Numbered from the stretch's first letter, positions 12,752 to 26,910 are shown. The stretch is 64,000 nucleotides of DNA from Octopus vulgaris (GCA_951406725.2 OX597826.1:32488001-32552000), one strand, 5' to 3'. Translations and numbers: made by a program. The notes: generated by a model not told the origin, from the letters alone.

Positions 12752-13633
12752 TACTATGAAACAGAGTTATTTTGAACAGTTTTAGACTTCTTATTGCAAA
12801 AATTTCATAACATTTTTTTTTCAATCTTAACTAAATTTGACTGTGTTAGGGGGACTAAATAGGTTGGCTGGTATATGAAATAAAAATAAGTTGCAGTCAA
12901 TATTTTTCTTTTATTCTTTTATTTGTTTTAGTAATTTGACTGTGGCCATGCTGGAGCACCACCTTTAATCGAGCAAATCGACCCCAGGACTTTTTCTTTG
13001 TAAGGCTAGTACTTATTCTAACAGTCTCTCTTGCTGAACCACTAAGTTATGGGGACGTAAACACACCAGCATCAGTTGTCAAACGATGTTGGTGAGACAA
13101 ACACAGACACACAAACACATACCAAATCAAGGCTATAGAAGAAGACACTTGCCCAAGGTGCCACGCAGTAGGACTGAACCCACAACCATGTGGTTGGTAA
13201 GCAAGCTACTTACCACACAACCACTCCTGCACCTATTTGGTTACTTTTTTTTAATATAATAGTTGCTGTTCGAAGTAACCTCTGATTTAGGGCTACTTTG
13301 AACAGTAATGCTTTTTACTTCTGTTCAAAAGTGAATATGTTATTTGGAAGGATAAGTTTTCCATCAACTGTAAGAATCACTTTTAAATGCTGGAAGTATG
13401 AGGATACTTCCGTAACACTTAAACATGCTCTGGATCTTTAGATATTTTGGCACAGGCGGGATACTAATTGGGATTTGTTTCACTTTAAAAATGAATTACA
13501 CCATTCAGCCGAAGGAAAATTGTTTTTAAATTGCGTTACTGTGCGACCTTGAGCTGTGATATAAAGAGGAAATAAAATATTATATTTTGCTCAAAGTTAC
13601 CCCCATGTTCAAAGTAACCCCATTTAAGGAGTA
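12752..13633. mobile_element. Non-autonomous TIR DNA transposon (Tc1/mariner-pogo-like, TA ends) carrying a SINE insertion
   Basis: Left end tactatgaaacagagttattttgaaca vs reverse complement of right end tactccttaaatggggttactttgaaca. Internal gttcgaagtaacc / ggctactttgaacag repeats. Confidence 0.55.
12905..13235 (-). mobile_element. SINE family B nested in the TIR element
   Basis: tgactgtggccatgctggagcacc..gaagacacttgcccaaggtgccacgcagtaggactgaaccc. Confidence 0.8.
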
Positions 13634-14117
13634 TGTATGTGTGTTTTATGCACACACAAACACACATATATACTCAAATACACAAACATATGCTCAAATG
13701 CATACACTAACACACACACACACACATGCATACGTATGTACAAGCATATGAATAAAAACAACAATGGCTAAATTTTTTATTCATTCTTATTTTTAGATTC
13801 TAATTCAGATGTTTCAATATAATTTAGAAAAAAATTGAATTTGGAATTATGTAATTCTTACATTTTGGTTAGAATGCTATAAATATTTAACAGTCAAAAT
13901 AATTTACAAGATAAACACATTAACACTAAGATTTCAAAGTATCTGATTTCAAATTCTTCAATTAAGCCTTCAGCATTTCTATCTATCTATCTATCTATCT
14001 ATCTACCCGTCTGTCCGTCTGTGTATCTGTCTGCCTATATATCTATCCTTCTATCTGTCTGTCTCTTTTTCTCTCACCCTCTCACTCTCTTCATATATAT
14101 ACGTACATATATATACG

Positions 14118-14158
<41 letters not shown>

Positions 14159-15114
14159 ATGTATGCATGTGTATACACACATATATACCATGTAATTTCA
14201 GGACAGTAAAGAACTAATTATTTTTACCAAATATTTACACTACCAGAATTCATAAACGTTAAGCTATTATTGTAAAAGTCTCATGTGAAGAGAATGGTTG
14301 AATTATGTTTTAGACATTAAGGAAGCATCGATCAGTTGAAAAACTGAATCCAAGTGGTCGCAACAAACAGATAGAAATCTAATACAAGTTATAGAATGTG
14401 AACTGCATGCAACTTTGAAAATCAATTATCCAAATATATAATTAAAAATTGGTGTCAGTATTTATGCGCGTGTATGTTTTGCATATGTTTCTTTGTGAGC
14501 ATGTGTTAGTGAGTGTATGTGTATGCAATGACTTAGCTGAAATATATGTGTGTGTAAATATATAAATATGTGTATATATGTAATCCTTAGCATTGTTCTA
14601 ATGTTCACTTTCGTGGGTCAAATTCATGTAGTTCATGGTGGTTAGGTTTTTTTCTGGTTGGATGCTCTTCCTGTCATCAAAACTTGTTTCCAAACAAGGT
14701 GATATTTTCACTATGACTGAACATGTCTTTATAGAAGAATGGAAATGAATGCCATCACTTGTTTGAGGGTGAAACCTGTTTATAAGTATCATCTGATATC
14801 AAGACAAGGAGGCAGAAACACACACACACACACACGCATATACACACATGCACACACACATACACACAGAGGCACACACAGAGGCATACACATACACACG
14901 CATACACACATGCACACCCACACTTACACACTCAGAGGTGCACACTCACACACAAATACACACGCAAACACACACACACACACATACACACACATGCTGA
15001 CACACACACATGCACACACACACACACACACACACACACGGGAATTTTGTTTTTCACTGGGGACTATTGGTATTGCTTATCTACAGTTACTTTCACTTAA
15101 GCTAAGGATGGAGT

Positions 15115-15150
<36 letters not shown>

Positions 15151-15421
15151 ATTTACTAGGAAATATAAGAAAGAGTGATGATTCCCTTTGAGTGGAGAAA
15201 ACTGCTTCAAGGTTTATAGTTTTTTGTTATTATTATTATGAAAGATCCTTTCCTTATCAGTGAAAGAGCAAAGGAAATAATATTTCCATATAATCCATTT
15301 TTCTTTTTTAAGTGTCTTAGTGGTCAAAGATAAGGGTATTTTGCCCTTGATATGGGCTCTTCAGCACAACATAACATGGGATCCTGAAATTATTTGGTGT
15401 CTGTTCACAGCAGGCTATTAT

Positions 15422-15525
<104 letters not shown>

Positions 15526-15537
15526 ACACACACACAC

Positions 15538-15573
<36 letters not shown>

Positions 15574-15599
15574 TTATATGTATGTATGAATGTATGTAT

Positions 15600-15975
15600 A
15601 TTCTTTTTCTTTTGGACTGCAGCCTGCAGCTATGCTGGAGCACCACCTTTAGTCAAGCAAATTGACTCCAGGACTTATTCTTTGTAAGCCTAGTATTTAT
15701 TCTATCAGTTTCTTTTGCCGAAGTGCTAAGTTACAGGGACATAAGGGACATAAACACACTAGCATCAGTTGTCAAGTGATGTTGTGGGGACAAACAACAC
15801 ACAAGTATATATGATGGGCTTCTTTCAGTTTCCATCTACCAAATCCACTCACAATGCTTTGGTCAGCCCCTGGCTATAGTAGAGGGCACTTGCTAAAGGT
15901 TTCATGCAGTGGGACAGAACCCAGAACCATGTGGTTGTTAAGTAAGCTACTTACCACACAGCCACTCCTGCGCCT
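15600..15975 (-). mobile_element. SINE family B
   Basis: Full family B motif set on the minus strand. Confidence 0.8.
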
Positions 15976-16081
15976 ATAAAAAAAACACCACTGTCCCTGT
16001 GTATATATATGTTTATATATACATAGATATGTGTGTGTGTGTATGTATATATGTATACATGACTGCCCATATTGAGTAGGG

Positions 16082-16125
<44 letters not shown>

Positions 16126-16689
16126 AGAGAGACAATGATGAGTAGGCACAGTAAAGAAATAGATAGAAGTGATGAGGTTCCCAGGTGGCCCCTAAAGGCA
16201 CAAGGTGAGGAGAAGTAGGTGAGAGGGTGTTTTGCAAGCTTGTTTGCTGGAGATGGTGGGGGCAGGGGTGAGGGTGGGGATGGATGCCAACTGCAACTGT
16301 AAGAATTGGGTGGGGTTGAAAGGTGGATGACCGATGAGGCATGAGTTAAGAAAGAGGGATGCATAGGCAAAAAAGGATGTGGTGATGGTGGTGGTGAAGA
16401 GGCAGTGAGTAGTAGGATAGTAATGATGGTACAGTTGACAGTGGGAGTGGACAAGAGTGAGAGATGAGAGGAGGGGAGAGGAGGGAATAGACAGGCATGA
16501 TGCATGATGGGAGGTAATTTGGTTTTGTGGGGGTGGGGGAATGAATCAATGTGATGCTGTAATATGTAAGTGGAGCACACACACAAACACATGCACACAT
16601 ACATGTACATATACATATGCATCTACACACATATATATGGATGCATACATATATGCATACATATACAAGCATATATATGTATATATAGG

Positions 16690-16815
16690 CACAGGTTCCA
16701 GGTTCAGTCCCACTGCATGGCAAGTGTCTTCTATTATAGCCTTGGGCTGACCAAAGCCTTGTGAGTAGATTTGGTAGATGGAAACTGAAAGAAGCCCATC
16801 ATATATATATATATG

Positions 16816-16849
<34 letters not shown>

Positions 16850-17082
16850 TGTATGTATGTATGTGTATATATGTTTGTGTGTCTCTGTTTGTCCACCCAC
16901 CGTCACTTGATAACCAATGCTGTTGTGTTTATGTCCCTGTAACTTAACAGCTCAATGAAAGAGGCTGATAGAATAAGTACTGTGCTTACAATGAATAAGT
17001 CCTGGGGTTGATTTGCTCGACTTAAAGGCTGTACTCCTGCATGGCCACAGTCAAATGACTGAAACAAGTAAAAGAATAAAAG
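16690..17082 (+). mobile_element. SINE family B
   Basis: ggttccaggttcagtcccactgc..accaaagccttgtgagtagatttggtagatggaaactgaaagaagccc..gactgaaacaagtaaaaga. Confidence 0.8.
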
Positions 17083-17229
17083 AATTTAACGAGTGTGCAC
17101 ACAAATACACACATACACACATGTGGCTGTGGGGGGTTAACATGTTCAGTGCACATGACTTTGGTAGTATTTGTTGCAGTTCTTTATGTTCTGAGTTCAA
17201 ATTCTGTGTCTTGCAACTCTCTCTTTACA

Positions 17230-17500
17230 TCCTCATCATCGTTTAACGTCCGTTTTCCATGCTGGCATGAGTTGGACAGTTTGACTGGGGTCTGGAAAGC
17301 CAGGAGACTGCACCAGGCCCCAATCTGGACTGGCAGTGTTTCTGTAGCTGGATGCCATTCCTAATGCCAAGCACTCCGAGTGCGTAGTGGGTGCTTTTTA
17401 TGTGCCATCAGCACAGGGGCCAGCAGAGCTGGCATTGACCACAATTGGATGGTGCTTTTTACATGCCACTAGCACAGACACCAGTCAAAGTGGTACTGAA
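17230..17500 (-). mobile_element. RTE-type LINE 3' end with (GAT)n tail
   Basis: Reverse complement of the 3' UTR that follows the RTE ORF2 C-terminus at 52940-53400 (catgccagcatggaaaacggacgttaaacgatgatg). Shorter copies near 23700, 25740, 29290, 35545 and 57540. Confidence 0.65.
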
Positions 17501-18175
17501 ATCTTCAGAAATGTATAACAAATAATGCCAGTAAGCTACTGGGTCCAGTTTGATTAACTAATATTTGTCTAACCATGTGGAAAAGTTAGAAATAATTCTT
17601 AAAAATCCTGATAATACATGACCAAACTGGTGGAGCATCGAAGTTAATAAATTGCTGTGATTAGTTCTGTCAGTTGAGGTCCTGAGATCAACTTCTGCAA
17701 GGGCCAGTTTTGTCCATCCAGGGTTGATGAAACAAATACCAGTGATATATTGAGGATGAGATATTTATCTCACTGTATCCTTACCACAGCACATATTTTT
17801 GTACTTTTGTCAGTAATCAAATTCTCTGCTATTTCTGCCACAACATATCACTCCTCCTCCAACTGCTGCTGCTGCTGCTGTTACTATCATTTCTTATTTT
17901 CCTACCACTTCTACTACTACCAAAACTACTACAAATACTACTATCACCGCCGATGCCACCACCACCACCACCACTGCCGCAGCTTCTTCAACTACTGCTA
18001 CTACTACTGCAGCTGCTGTCTATTAGGAATATTATGTTCCTTAGAAACAGGTTAGGTTTGGACACAGGGAAGGCATCAGACTCTAGGAAACCTGCCTCAG
18101 CAAATTCCATCCATTCAGTGTGAGCATTGACAACTGGAGATTAAACTGAGGCTGGTGATGATGATGATGATGATA

Positions 18176-18216
<41 letters not shown>

Positions 18217-18632
18217 GATGACGATGATAGATTTGTAAACTTGTTAAGAAAACAATGAGAAATTTTTTGTTAATTGGTGAGAAATCCACGCGTAGAATAT
18301 CGATGTTATCTTAATGTTTGAATTGTGTTTCTTTCATTTTTTACTATCTGTGCTTAATCAGAAGCAGAAGGCCAATATTCCTGACCAATTTTAGGGTATC
18401 CAAGACTGATAGGAAATCTAGTTTGCTTTGGTCTGACTGCTTTTTTTTTTGTGTTAAAAAGAAATTTTATAGTTATAACCTAACAACAACAACAAAATAT
18501 GAACATTGAGAAGATATTGAGAAATAATGAAAAAAAATTATTTAAAATTTTTCCAGTTTTATGAATTTCACTTTTGGAAAGCTTCAATGTCTGTTTATCA
18601 ATATATTATGTATATATGCGTTTATACATGAT

Positions 18633-18669
<37 letters not shown>

Positions 18670-19423
18670 ATATCATTTATCTACACATACACACATACAC
18701 ACATGCATTCACACACATACACACACATAAAAAAATCAATGAATTCCAATGCTGGTGATAAAAACTTTTTAAATATTTAAAACTAAATCATAGAACGATA
18801 TTTGGTCCAGATAATGACAATGACAAGATAAATAAAATAAACTTAAAAAATAAAAGAAATTTTTAAAAATTTCTTAAATAAAGAGAATATAAAACTAAGG
18901 CACATTATATGGAATTATAAATTCACATGGTTCAGTTAAACCTGCATAACTAAATTAGAAGGAGAGAATCATAATTGATGAAACCTGATAATGTATTCGA
19001 AAAATATTTGAAACAAAAAAAAAATAAATAAAATCTTCTGCAATAATAATGACGGCAAACATAATTGAAACAGAACTGATAAATTTCCTAAAAAATTTAT
19101 AATTCCACCCTAGCTACAGCTTTGTGTGTTTTTCTTTCTCACCTTGCTGTGTTTTTTTCCTTCCTCCAGTTCCCAAGCTGTTGGCAGTTAACAGCGTTGA
19201 CAAAAATATAAATTTGTATGTGTCTCTTGCTTAAATATTTGTTCAAATGAATATTTCAGGAAGTAGTTAAGTGGAAATTCCCTTGTATATGTCGCAACTG
19301 TATTCTGTGAATGGTGGATCAATATAAAGAACGGCATCCTATCTTTTAGGCACCAATGCTTGATAGAAAAATCAATGTTTCAATTAAAAAGGCTGTTCAT
19401 ATAGATTTTTATTATTATTATCA

Positions 19424-19484
<61 letters not shown>

Positions 19485-19659
19485 CATTATTATTACTATT
19501 TTGCTATCAAACTTGGCAATCCATAGTGTTTTTCAAACGACCTCGAAATGGATCAATGAATTTCATTGGTTCCTGATGATCACAGAACATTTCAAATAAA
19601 GTCCTCAATTCAGGTGTTTCTTTCTCAATGAATCACAATTTAATAAACATACAACACAT

Positions 19660-19824
19660 AATACAAACATACAAATATGCATATGCATATATCATATATA
19701 TATATACATATATATACATATATATATATATATATACACCCATACACACACCTATACATATCACTATATATATGTATATATATATATACATATATATACA
19801 TACACCCATACATACAACTATACA

Positions 19825-19856
<32 letters not shown>

Positions 19857-19877
19857 CATACACCCATACACACAACT

Positions 19878-19938
<61 letters not shown>

Positions 19939-20573
19939 TACATATATTCATATGTATAAATTAATATAAATAAATATATATATATATTCATATAGATATA
20001 TAAATATATATAAATATTTTTATATATCTATACATATATACATATATATATGTACATATATATGTATATATATGTATATATATACATGCATGCATATATA
20101 CATATAAATATATATATTTATATGTATATATTTATATATATGTTTGTGTGTATGTGTTTTTTTTTCTATGGCTAAATATATATTATATATGTTTATATGC
20201 AAGTGTTTGTACATGTGTGTCCCTGTGCGTGTTAGTACGTGTATTTCATCTCAAAGTTACCTGATTGAACACAGAGGGCATCAAACATCAAACATCAGAG
20301 AGTGGCAGTGAACTAAATCTTCAATTGACTCGCAATAAATATAAACTCTCTCTCTCTCTCTCTCTCTGTAAGGAATTAGGGTAAAAGAATACTCTGTCTT
20401 TTGTTTATAATTGTGAATACACATGCATATATATGCAACGCACATTGCACACACACACACATATATATATATGCAAATATATACATACATACATACATAT
20501 ATATATATATATATGTATGTATGCATATATATATCTATCTATTTATCAATCTATCTATCTATCTATCTATCTA

Positions 20574-20613
<40 letters not shown>

Positions 20614-20745
20614 CATATATATATATATGTATGCATATATCTATGTATATATATATATATACAGATATATATATATATATATATACACATATATATACCT
20701 GTATATACATACCTATATATACGTATCTATCTATCTCTATATATA

Positions 20746-20778
<33 letters not shown>

Positions 20779-20795
20779 GCATATATATATGTATA

Positions 20796-20841
<46 letters not shown>

Positions 20842-21020
20842 TATACCTGTATATGCATACCTATATATATGTATCTATCTATCTATCTATTTATACATAT
20901 ATGTTTATATACGCACACATATATATACATATGCACAAACAAATACACACATTTATACATACATACATACGCATCTGTGCACGCACACACACACACACAA
21001 ACACACGTGTGTGTATGTGA
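19660..21020. repeat. Compound (TA)n/(CA)n/(TATC)n microsatellite region, including a ~60 bp unit (cacccatacacacaactatacatatcactat) repeated three times at 19735-19885
   Basis: Directly visible. Confidence 0.9.
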
Positions 21021-21929
21021 GAATTTTATAAACTTTCAAGAGTGTGAAATAATTCCTTTCTAGAATAACCTTCTCAAAGCACCATTATATTAATGTACTA
21101 CTCTTACTCTCCCTGTCTCATTCTGTATTTGACTATATGTATGTGTGTGTATGTGTGCATGCGTATGTATACATGCATGCAAACACATACATGTACATAA
21201 GATTACCTACATATCTATACACATGGAGTCAAATATATTTATATATCCATGCACATTCCTTCATCCAGCTATCCATTCATTCATCCATCCATGTGTATAC
21301 ATACGTGCAGTGTGTGTCTGTGTGTCTCAAGAGCACAGTTCCAGTGTTAATGTAAGTATAAACATTTAATATAATTCTAGATGTTAATGCAAAAATCAAC
21401 ATCAATGTCACCATAATGGTTCAGTCATTGGTTTGTTATTCCTATATCACACACACACACATACAGATGCATGCATGCACACACTTATAAAAGTATACCA
21501 CCACGTATCATACACACACACACATTCACATTCACACATATATACCCACCTACATGTCATACACATTCACCTGTGATATACACACACATATACACACTTA
21601 TACATGTTATACGCACATATGCACACACTTATACACATGCATTAATGCAGACACATTCATACACACACACATTTAAACCTTCACAAGCACAGTTGTACTA
21701 CACACATTGTTTTTCAATTTTAAACACGGATAGAGGGAGTATTTGTCGATTAATTACATGGATAGTCTCAGTTGATCGGTTTTACACTCACATTTGCTCA
21801 ACCAGCTAGAAAGAGCAGGGAAATCTCTCAGTTTTCACCCTACCATTGGGAAAACACGAATCTTTACATCCATGTTCTAATAATGTTGTCAATTTGTGCA
21901 GTGTGTGCATGTATGTGTATGCATTATAC

Positions 21930-22111
21930 GTATGTGGTTGTGTGGTACGAATGTTTGCTTCCCAACCACATGGTTCCAGGTTCAATCTCACTGCATAGCA
22001 CCTTAGGTAAGTGTCTTCTTAAGCCAACCAAATCCTTGTGAGTGGATTTCATAGATGGAAGCTGAAAGAAGCCCATCAAATATGCATGTGCATGAGTGTG
22101 TGTGTGTGTGC

Positions 22112-22170
<59 letters not shown>

Positions 22171-22830
22171 TGTTTGTATGTATAACTGTATGTATTTGTA
22201 TAGGTATCTACACAGACATCTGACAGATGATATTCATTAGCATTTATGAGTAATATCATACGTTGTGGTTGGTAGAAAAATGCCATGGAATTTAAAGGAA
22301 GAGATATTGCTATATTTTACAAAGGAGTGACTGAACAGTTCCAATACAAAATGAAAAGGAGTGCTATGAAAAATTGCTAAACTTCATTCTCACCTGTTCC
22401 TGAACCTTCAGTGATATTTAGAACTGTGTTACTAAAAACATGTATGGCTCTATGATAAAAAGCTTGCTTCCCAACTAATTGGTTCCAGGTTCAGTTCCAT
22501 TGTGTAGTACCTTGGGCAAGTGCTTTCTGCTACAACCCGGAACCTACCAAAACCGTGTGAGTGGATTTGGCAGACGGAAACTGTAAGAAGCCCATTGTGA
22601 ATTCATATATATACATACCTACATGTGTGTGTTTGTTGCCCACCACTGCTTCACAACTGGTGTTGGTGTGCTAATACCCCATAACTTAGTGGTTCAGAGA
22701 AAGAAACTGATGGAATAAATACCATGCTTAAAAATAAATAAGTACTGGGGTGGATTAGTTTCACTAAACTGTTAAAGGTGGTGTCCCGGCATGACCAAAG
22801 CCCTGTGACTGAAACCAGTAACAGGTAAAC
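21930..22830 (+). mobile_element. Two SINE family B copies (about 21930-22080 and 22440-22830)
   Basis: ttgcttcccaacca..ggttccaggttca..gtgagtggattt motifs in both. Confidence 0.7.
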
Positions 22831-23847
22831 GACTATGAAAGGAAAGACATAAATCTGTAATATTGTAAAGTTAACTTAATTATAAGTATGTACTCTGGAG
22901 ATTTGTAAATAATATGACAATTGGAAAACTTTCCTGAGATGGAGTTTATACTCGTAGTATGGTGGGAAGGAAGATGTAGCTTTATAAGGACTGCGAGTAC
23001 AATATGGTTTTCAGTTTGTGATTGTTAACAAAAAGTGAATCTGTTGGCAAATAATTGTTAGATTGATGTTAGATATGGAAATTGGATAAAGAGAGATGAA
23101 GAAAAAAGGCAGAGTGAGTATTTAATAGGATTGGTGCAGTTATATACAATTCATAGGCAATACAGTGTAGAAGTACTGTTAGGATAAAATGGCCACTCTT
23201 ATAGGAATGTAATATTGGCAAATATAGTATAATAGTTATATTTAGTATGGTTTCAATAGTAGACCGAGATGGCTGCTTCTATAAAAGCACATTATTTGAA
23301 TATGTTATTGTATTATATGGCGGGAGAAGAATGAGCAGAAAAAAGGAAGATGGAAAGAAGTTGGTAACTATTAAGAATAAAGTATAAATGAGGAAAGTAA
23401 AGGCTCAACAATAGAATATAGTTGAATGGAGATGAGGGTTACATTTTGCAAATATATTTTTATGAATGTGTAGACGAAAATTTAAAATATAAATACATGG
23501 AGAAAGTATATGTAAATAATTTCAGCATAAATGTATAGGTGTATTGAGAAATATAAATGTATACGAGAGATTAGACTAGGTGAGGTAAAAAAAAAATGAA
23601 GAATATTGATGAAGAATTGTGACATGGGATAAAGGAAATTTGGTAGATATTAAAGGTGTGTGAATGAATATGCATATGTTTATCTATATATCATCATCAT
23701 CATCATCATCATCATTCTTTGACGTCCATTTTCCATGCTGGCATGAGTTGGACAGTTTGACCAGAGCTGGCAAGCTGGAGAGCTGCACCAGGTTGCAGTC
23801 TGTTTTGGATTGGCTTCTACCGCTGGATGCCCTTCCTAATGCCAACC

Positions 23848-24030
<183 letters not shown>

Positions 24031-24136
24031 TGTCTTCACAAAGCCTTAGACTTCACTTCTGAAAATCTATTTTTTTTAAAAAGTCAAACTGGTTAAGTCA
24101 ATAAACATCTTTAAAATGACCTCTGCATTTTCAAAT

Positions 24137-24215
<79 letters not shown>

Positions 24216-24301
24216 CATTGTTTAAATATATATATAATATATATATATTATACTATATATATATATATATATATACATACATTGTTTAAATATATATATA
24301 A

Positions 24302-24354
<53 letters not shown>

Positions 24355-24356
<2 letters not shown>

Positions 24357-25004
24357 TGACTTTCTGAAAGATAGAAGTCAAGCAGTAGTAGCCAAATATT
24401 GAGTAGTGTTCCACAAGGCACTGTTCTGGGACCACTACTGTTCTCAAATATGCCCTCAGCCACACAGAGAGCCATGATTACAAGTTGTGCAGATGATACA
24501 AAACCCTGAAGACACTATGCACCAGCAACATGAGTTAGATGAAATATAGAAGTGGGCCAAGAAGAACAGCATGCAGTTTAATGCTGAAAAGTTTCAAGCC
24601 ATATGCTATTAGCATGCAAAACTAAATGCTATACCAATTAGATACACTGGACGTGGAGGGATTGCAATCTCAGAGACACAGTCAGTGCGAGATCTGTGCA
24701 TTTACATGAGTAATGATGCCTCCTTTCATGTGCATGTTGCTAAGATGGCAATGAAATACAGGCGTCTGATCGGATGGATTCTTAGAACTTTTAAAACAAG
24801 AGATCAGGAAACCATGAAGGTCTTCTGAAGGACATTTGTCCAAAGGCACTTTGACTATTGCTCTCAGCTATAGTCACGAACTAGTGTAGAATTCATTGCA
24901 AAACTTGAAACAATCCAACGAAGCTACACAAAGAAGATAGCCTCAATGCAGCATATAAGCTACTGGGAAAGACTCAAGAGATTGAGACTCTGTTCCTTGG
25001 AGCA
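24355..25004 (+). pseudogene. CR1-group LINE reverse transcriptase fragment with stops and deletions
   Basis: HDFLKDRSQAVVA..SSVPQGTVLGPLLF..SCADDTK..KWAKKNSMQFNAEKF..RDLCIYMSND..GWILRTFKTRD..LETIQRSYTKKI..SYWERLKRLRLCSLE. Contains the PQG and (Y)ADD RT motifs and the CR1-type C-terminal motif. Confidence 0.85.
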
Positions 25005-25615
25005 TTCAAGCTTCTGGTTTCAGATAGAAGTCTGAGCCTACAATTTTTCTTGAATTATTCTGTTGTTTGGATATATTTTAAAACATTATGAGAAAGTTAT
25101 AATCTCACCCCTTATCTTCAGGTTTTTTTTTTTAAATCATGTGTGCGACACATGCAAAAATTACTATTTCATTCTCATGCTTTGCATTTCATTTCTGGCC
25201 TGTGTCGAAATACTCCAGATATTGTAGACATTCTGCAAGTGAGGTCATTGTAAGAACAGACCTCATGGCACTGTAGGAAGTATCTTCTATTATGGCCTAG
25301 TCCAATCAATGCCATATAAATAGATGAGTAGATGGAAACTGTTTGGAATCCCATCCTGTATGTAATGGTGGGGGGCATGTGGACTAGTGGTTAGAGTGCT
25401 GGACTCATGATCATAAAGATTGTGGTTTCAATTCCTGGACTGGGAGATGCATTGTGTTCTTGAGCAAAACACTTCATTTCAAATTGCTCCATTCTACTCA
25501 ACCGGGAAAAATGAGTTATCTTGTGATCGACTAGCATCCCATCCAGGTAGGAAACTAGGTAGCTGGCCCTTATGAATCAGTATATCTCAAGAAGGTAACA
25601 TTACTTTCTTTACTA

Positions 25616-25653
<38 letters not shown>

Positions 25654-25913
25654 TGTGTGAGTGTGTGTGTAGGCTATCTTTGTGTTTGTGGTTCTCTATC
25701 ACTCCTTTACAACTGGTGTTCGGTTATCTACATCATCATCATCATCATCATCGTTTAGCGTCCGTTTTCCATGCTAGCAAGGGTTGGACGCTTGCAATTT
25801 AGTGGCTTCGCAACGACAAGAGATGATAGAATAAACATCAAACTTCAATTAAGGACTGGTGTTAATTATATGACTAAAACCTTCAAAATATTCCCAGAAT
25901 GACCACAGTTTGA

Positions 25914-25945
<32 letters not shown>

Positions 25946-26014
25946 ATGTATATATATATATATATATATATGATGTGTATAGTTAAATAAGGTTTGGGTA
26001 AAAACCTTGTGGAA

Positions 26015-26134
26015 TTTAAACAGCCACCTGAGGAACTGCATTTTACACCTTAGATAAATAATAATAATTACACAATGTCTCACCAATATACTACAGGTGT
26101 AAAAATGTGTCGAAACAATTGTAGTGATTTTAAA
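26015..26134 (+). ncRNA. Type I minimal hammerhead ribozyme motif (Penelope pLTR type)
   Basis: CAC-CUGAGGA (26028-34); long stem II (gcattttacacct / aggtgtaaaaatgt); GAAA (26112-15); palindromic stem III C-AAUU-G; UA site; GUG pairing with CAC. The closing pair of stem II is imperfect. Confidence 0.65.
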
Positions 26135-26430
26135 TAAAGAATGTTACTCATTCCATTTCCTATCACATATCTATATAAAACATACATATGTACATACATA
26201 CATACATACATATGTACATACATACATACACACATACATACACACATACATACACACATACATACATACGTACATACATACATACATACATACATATATA
26301 CATACATACATATATACATACATACATATCTGCATGCATGCATACATGCATGCATACATACATACATACATATGTACATACATACATACACATATACATA
26401 CATACATATATACATACATACATACATACA

Positions 26431-26466
<36 letters not shown>

Positions 26467-26471
26467 TATAT

Positions 26472-26625
26472 TTCCTTCTCTATTGGACTTTCCTACATTT
26501 TTTGTTTTCTGTTTCTGAAGAAGAGCTTTGCTCAAAACGTAACACTACCTTCCCTGAGTGTCTGCTAATACTTTACATGTACCACGTCCTCGCGTTTTTG
26601 CTTTTTTGTGTTTGTTTTTCGTTAT
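26472..26625 (+). mobile_element. Penelope-like pLTR remnant with decayed hammerhead
   Basis: CTGAAGA-aGAGC-ttt-GCTC-(a)AAAC-GTA at 26515-26541. Homologous copy on the minus strand at 62240-62425. Confidence 0.55.
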
Positions 26626-26832
26626 CTTAATTTTATATATATTTATATAAATAATGATAAGATCGTTAATTTAAAAATAAAATAACGATTTTATCAAGTG
26701 GTCAGCATGGAAAAAATGACCTTCAAAGGTAATAATTATTAAAATTATAAATTAGGGTATCTATGAGATACCACCATGCTGAAAATTTTGATATATATAT
26801 ATATATATATGTATATACATATATGTATATAT

Positions 26833-26910
26833 GTTGAGACTTGTACACTTCAGGTTTGCGTAATATATGACAGGAAATGCATCCTTTACATAAACCTTCC
26901 TCAGTTAAAG
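26833..26910 (-). ncRNA. Decayed hammerhead-like motif
   Basis: Minus strand reads CTGAGGA-AGGTTTatGTAA...TTACgcAAACCT-GAAg-tgtaca-aGTC; one core substitution (GAAA to GAAG). Confidence 0.45.

Noticed and set aside
15951-16622. Longest ORF (223 aa, minus strand)
   Set aside because: Pro/Ser/Leu/His low complexity produced by a pyrimidine-rich strand bridging microsatellites; no recognisable family.
22850-23660. Purine-skewed unique tract (similar at 6360-6660) as exon or LINE relic
   Set aside because: Many stops and no identifiable motif.
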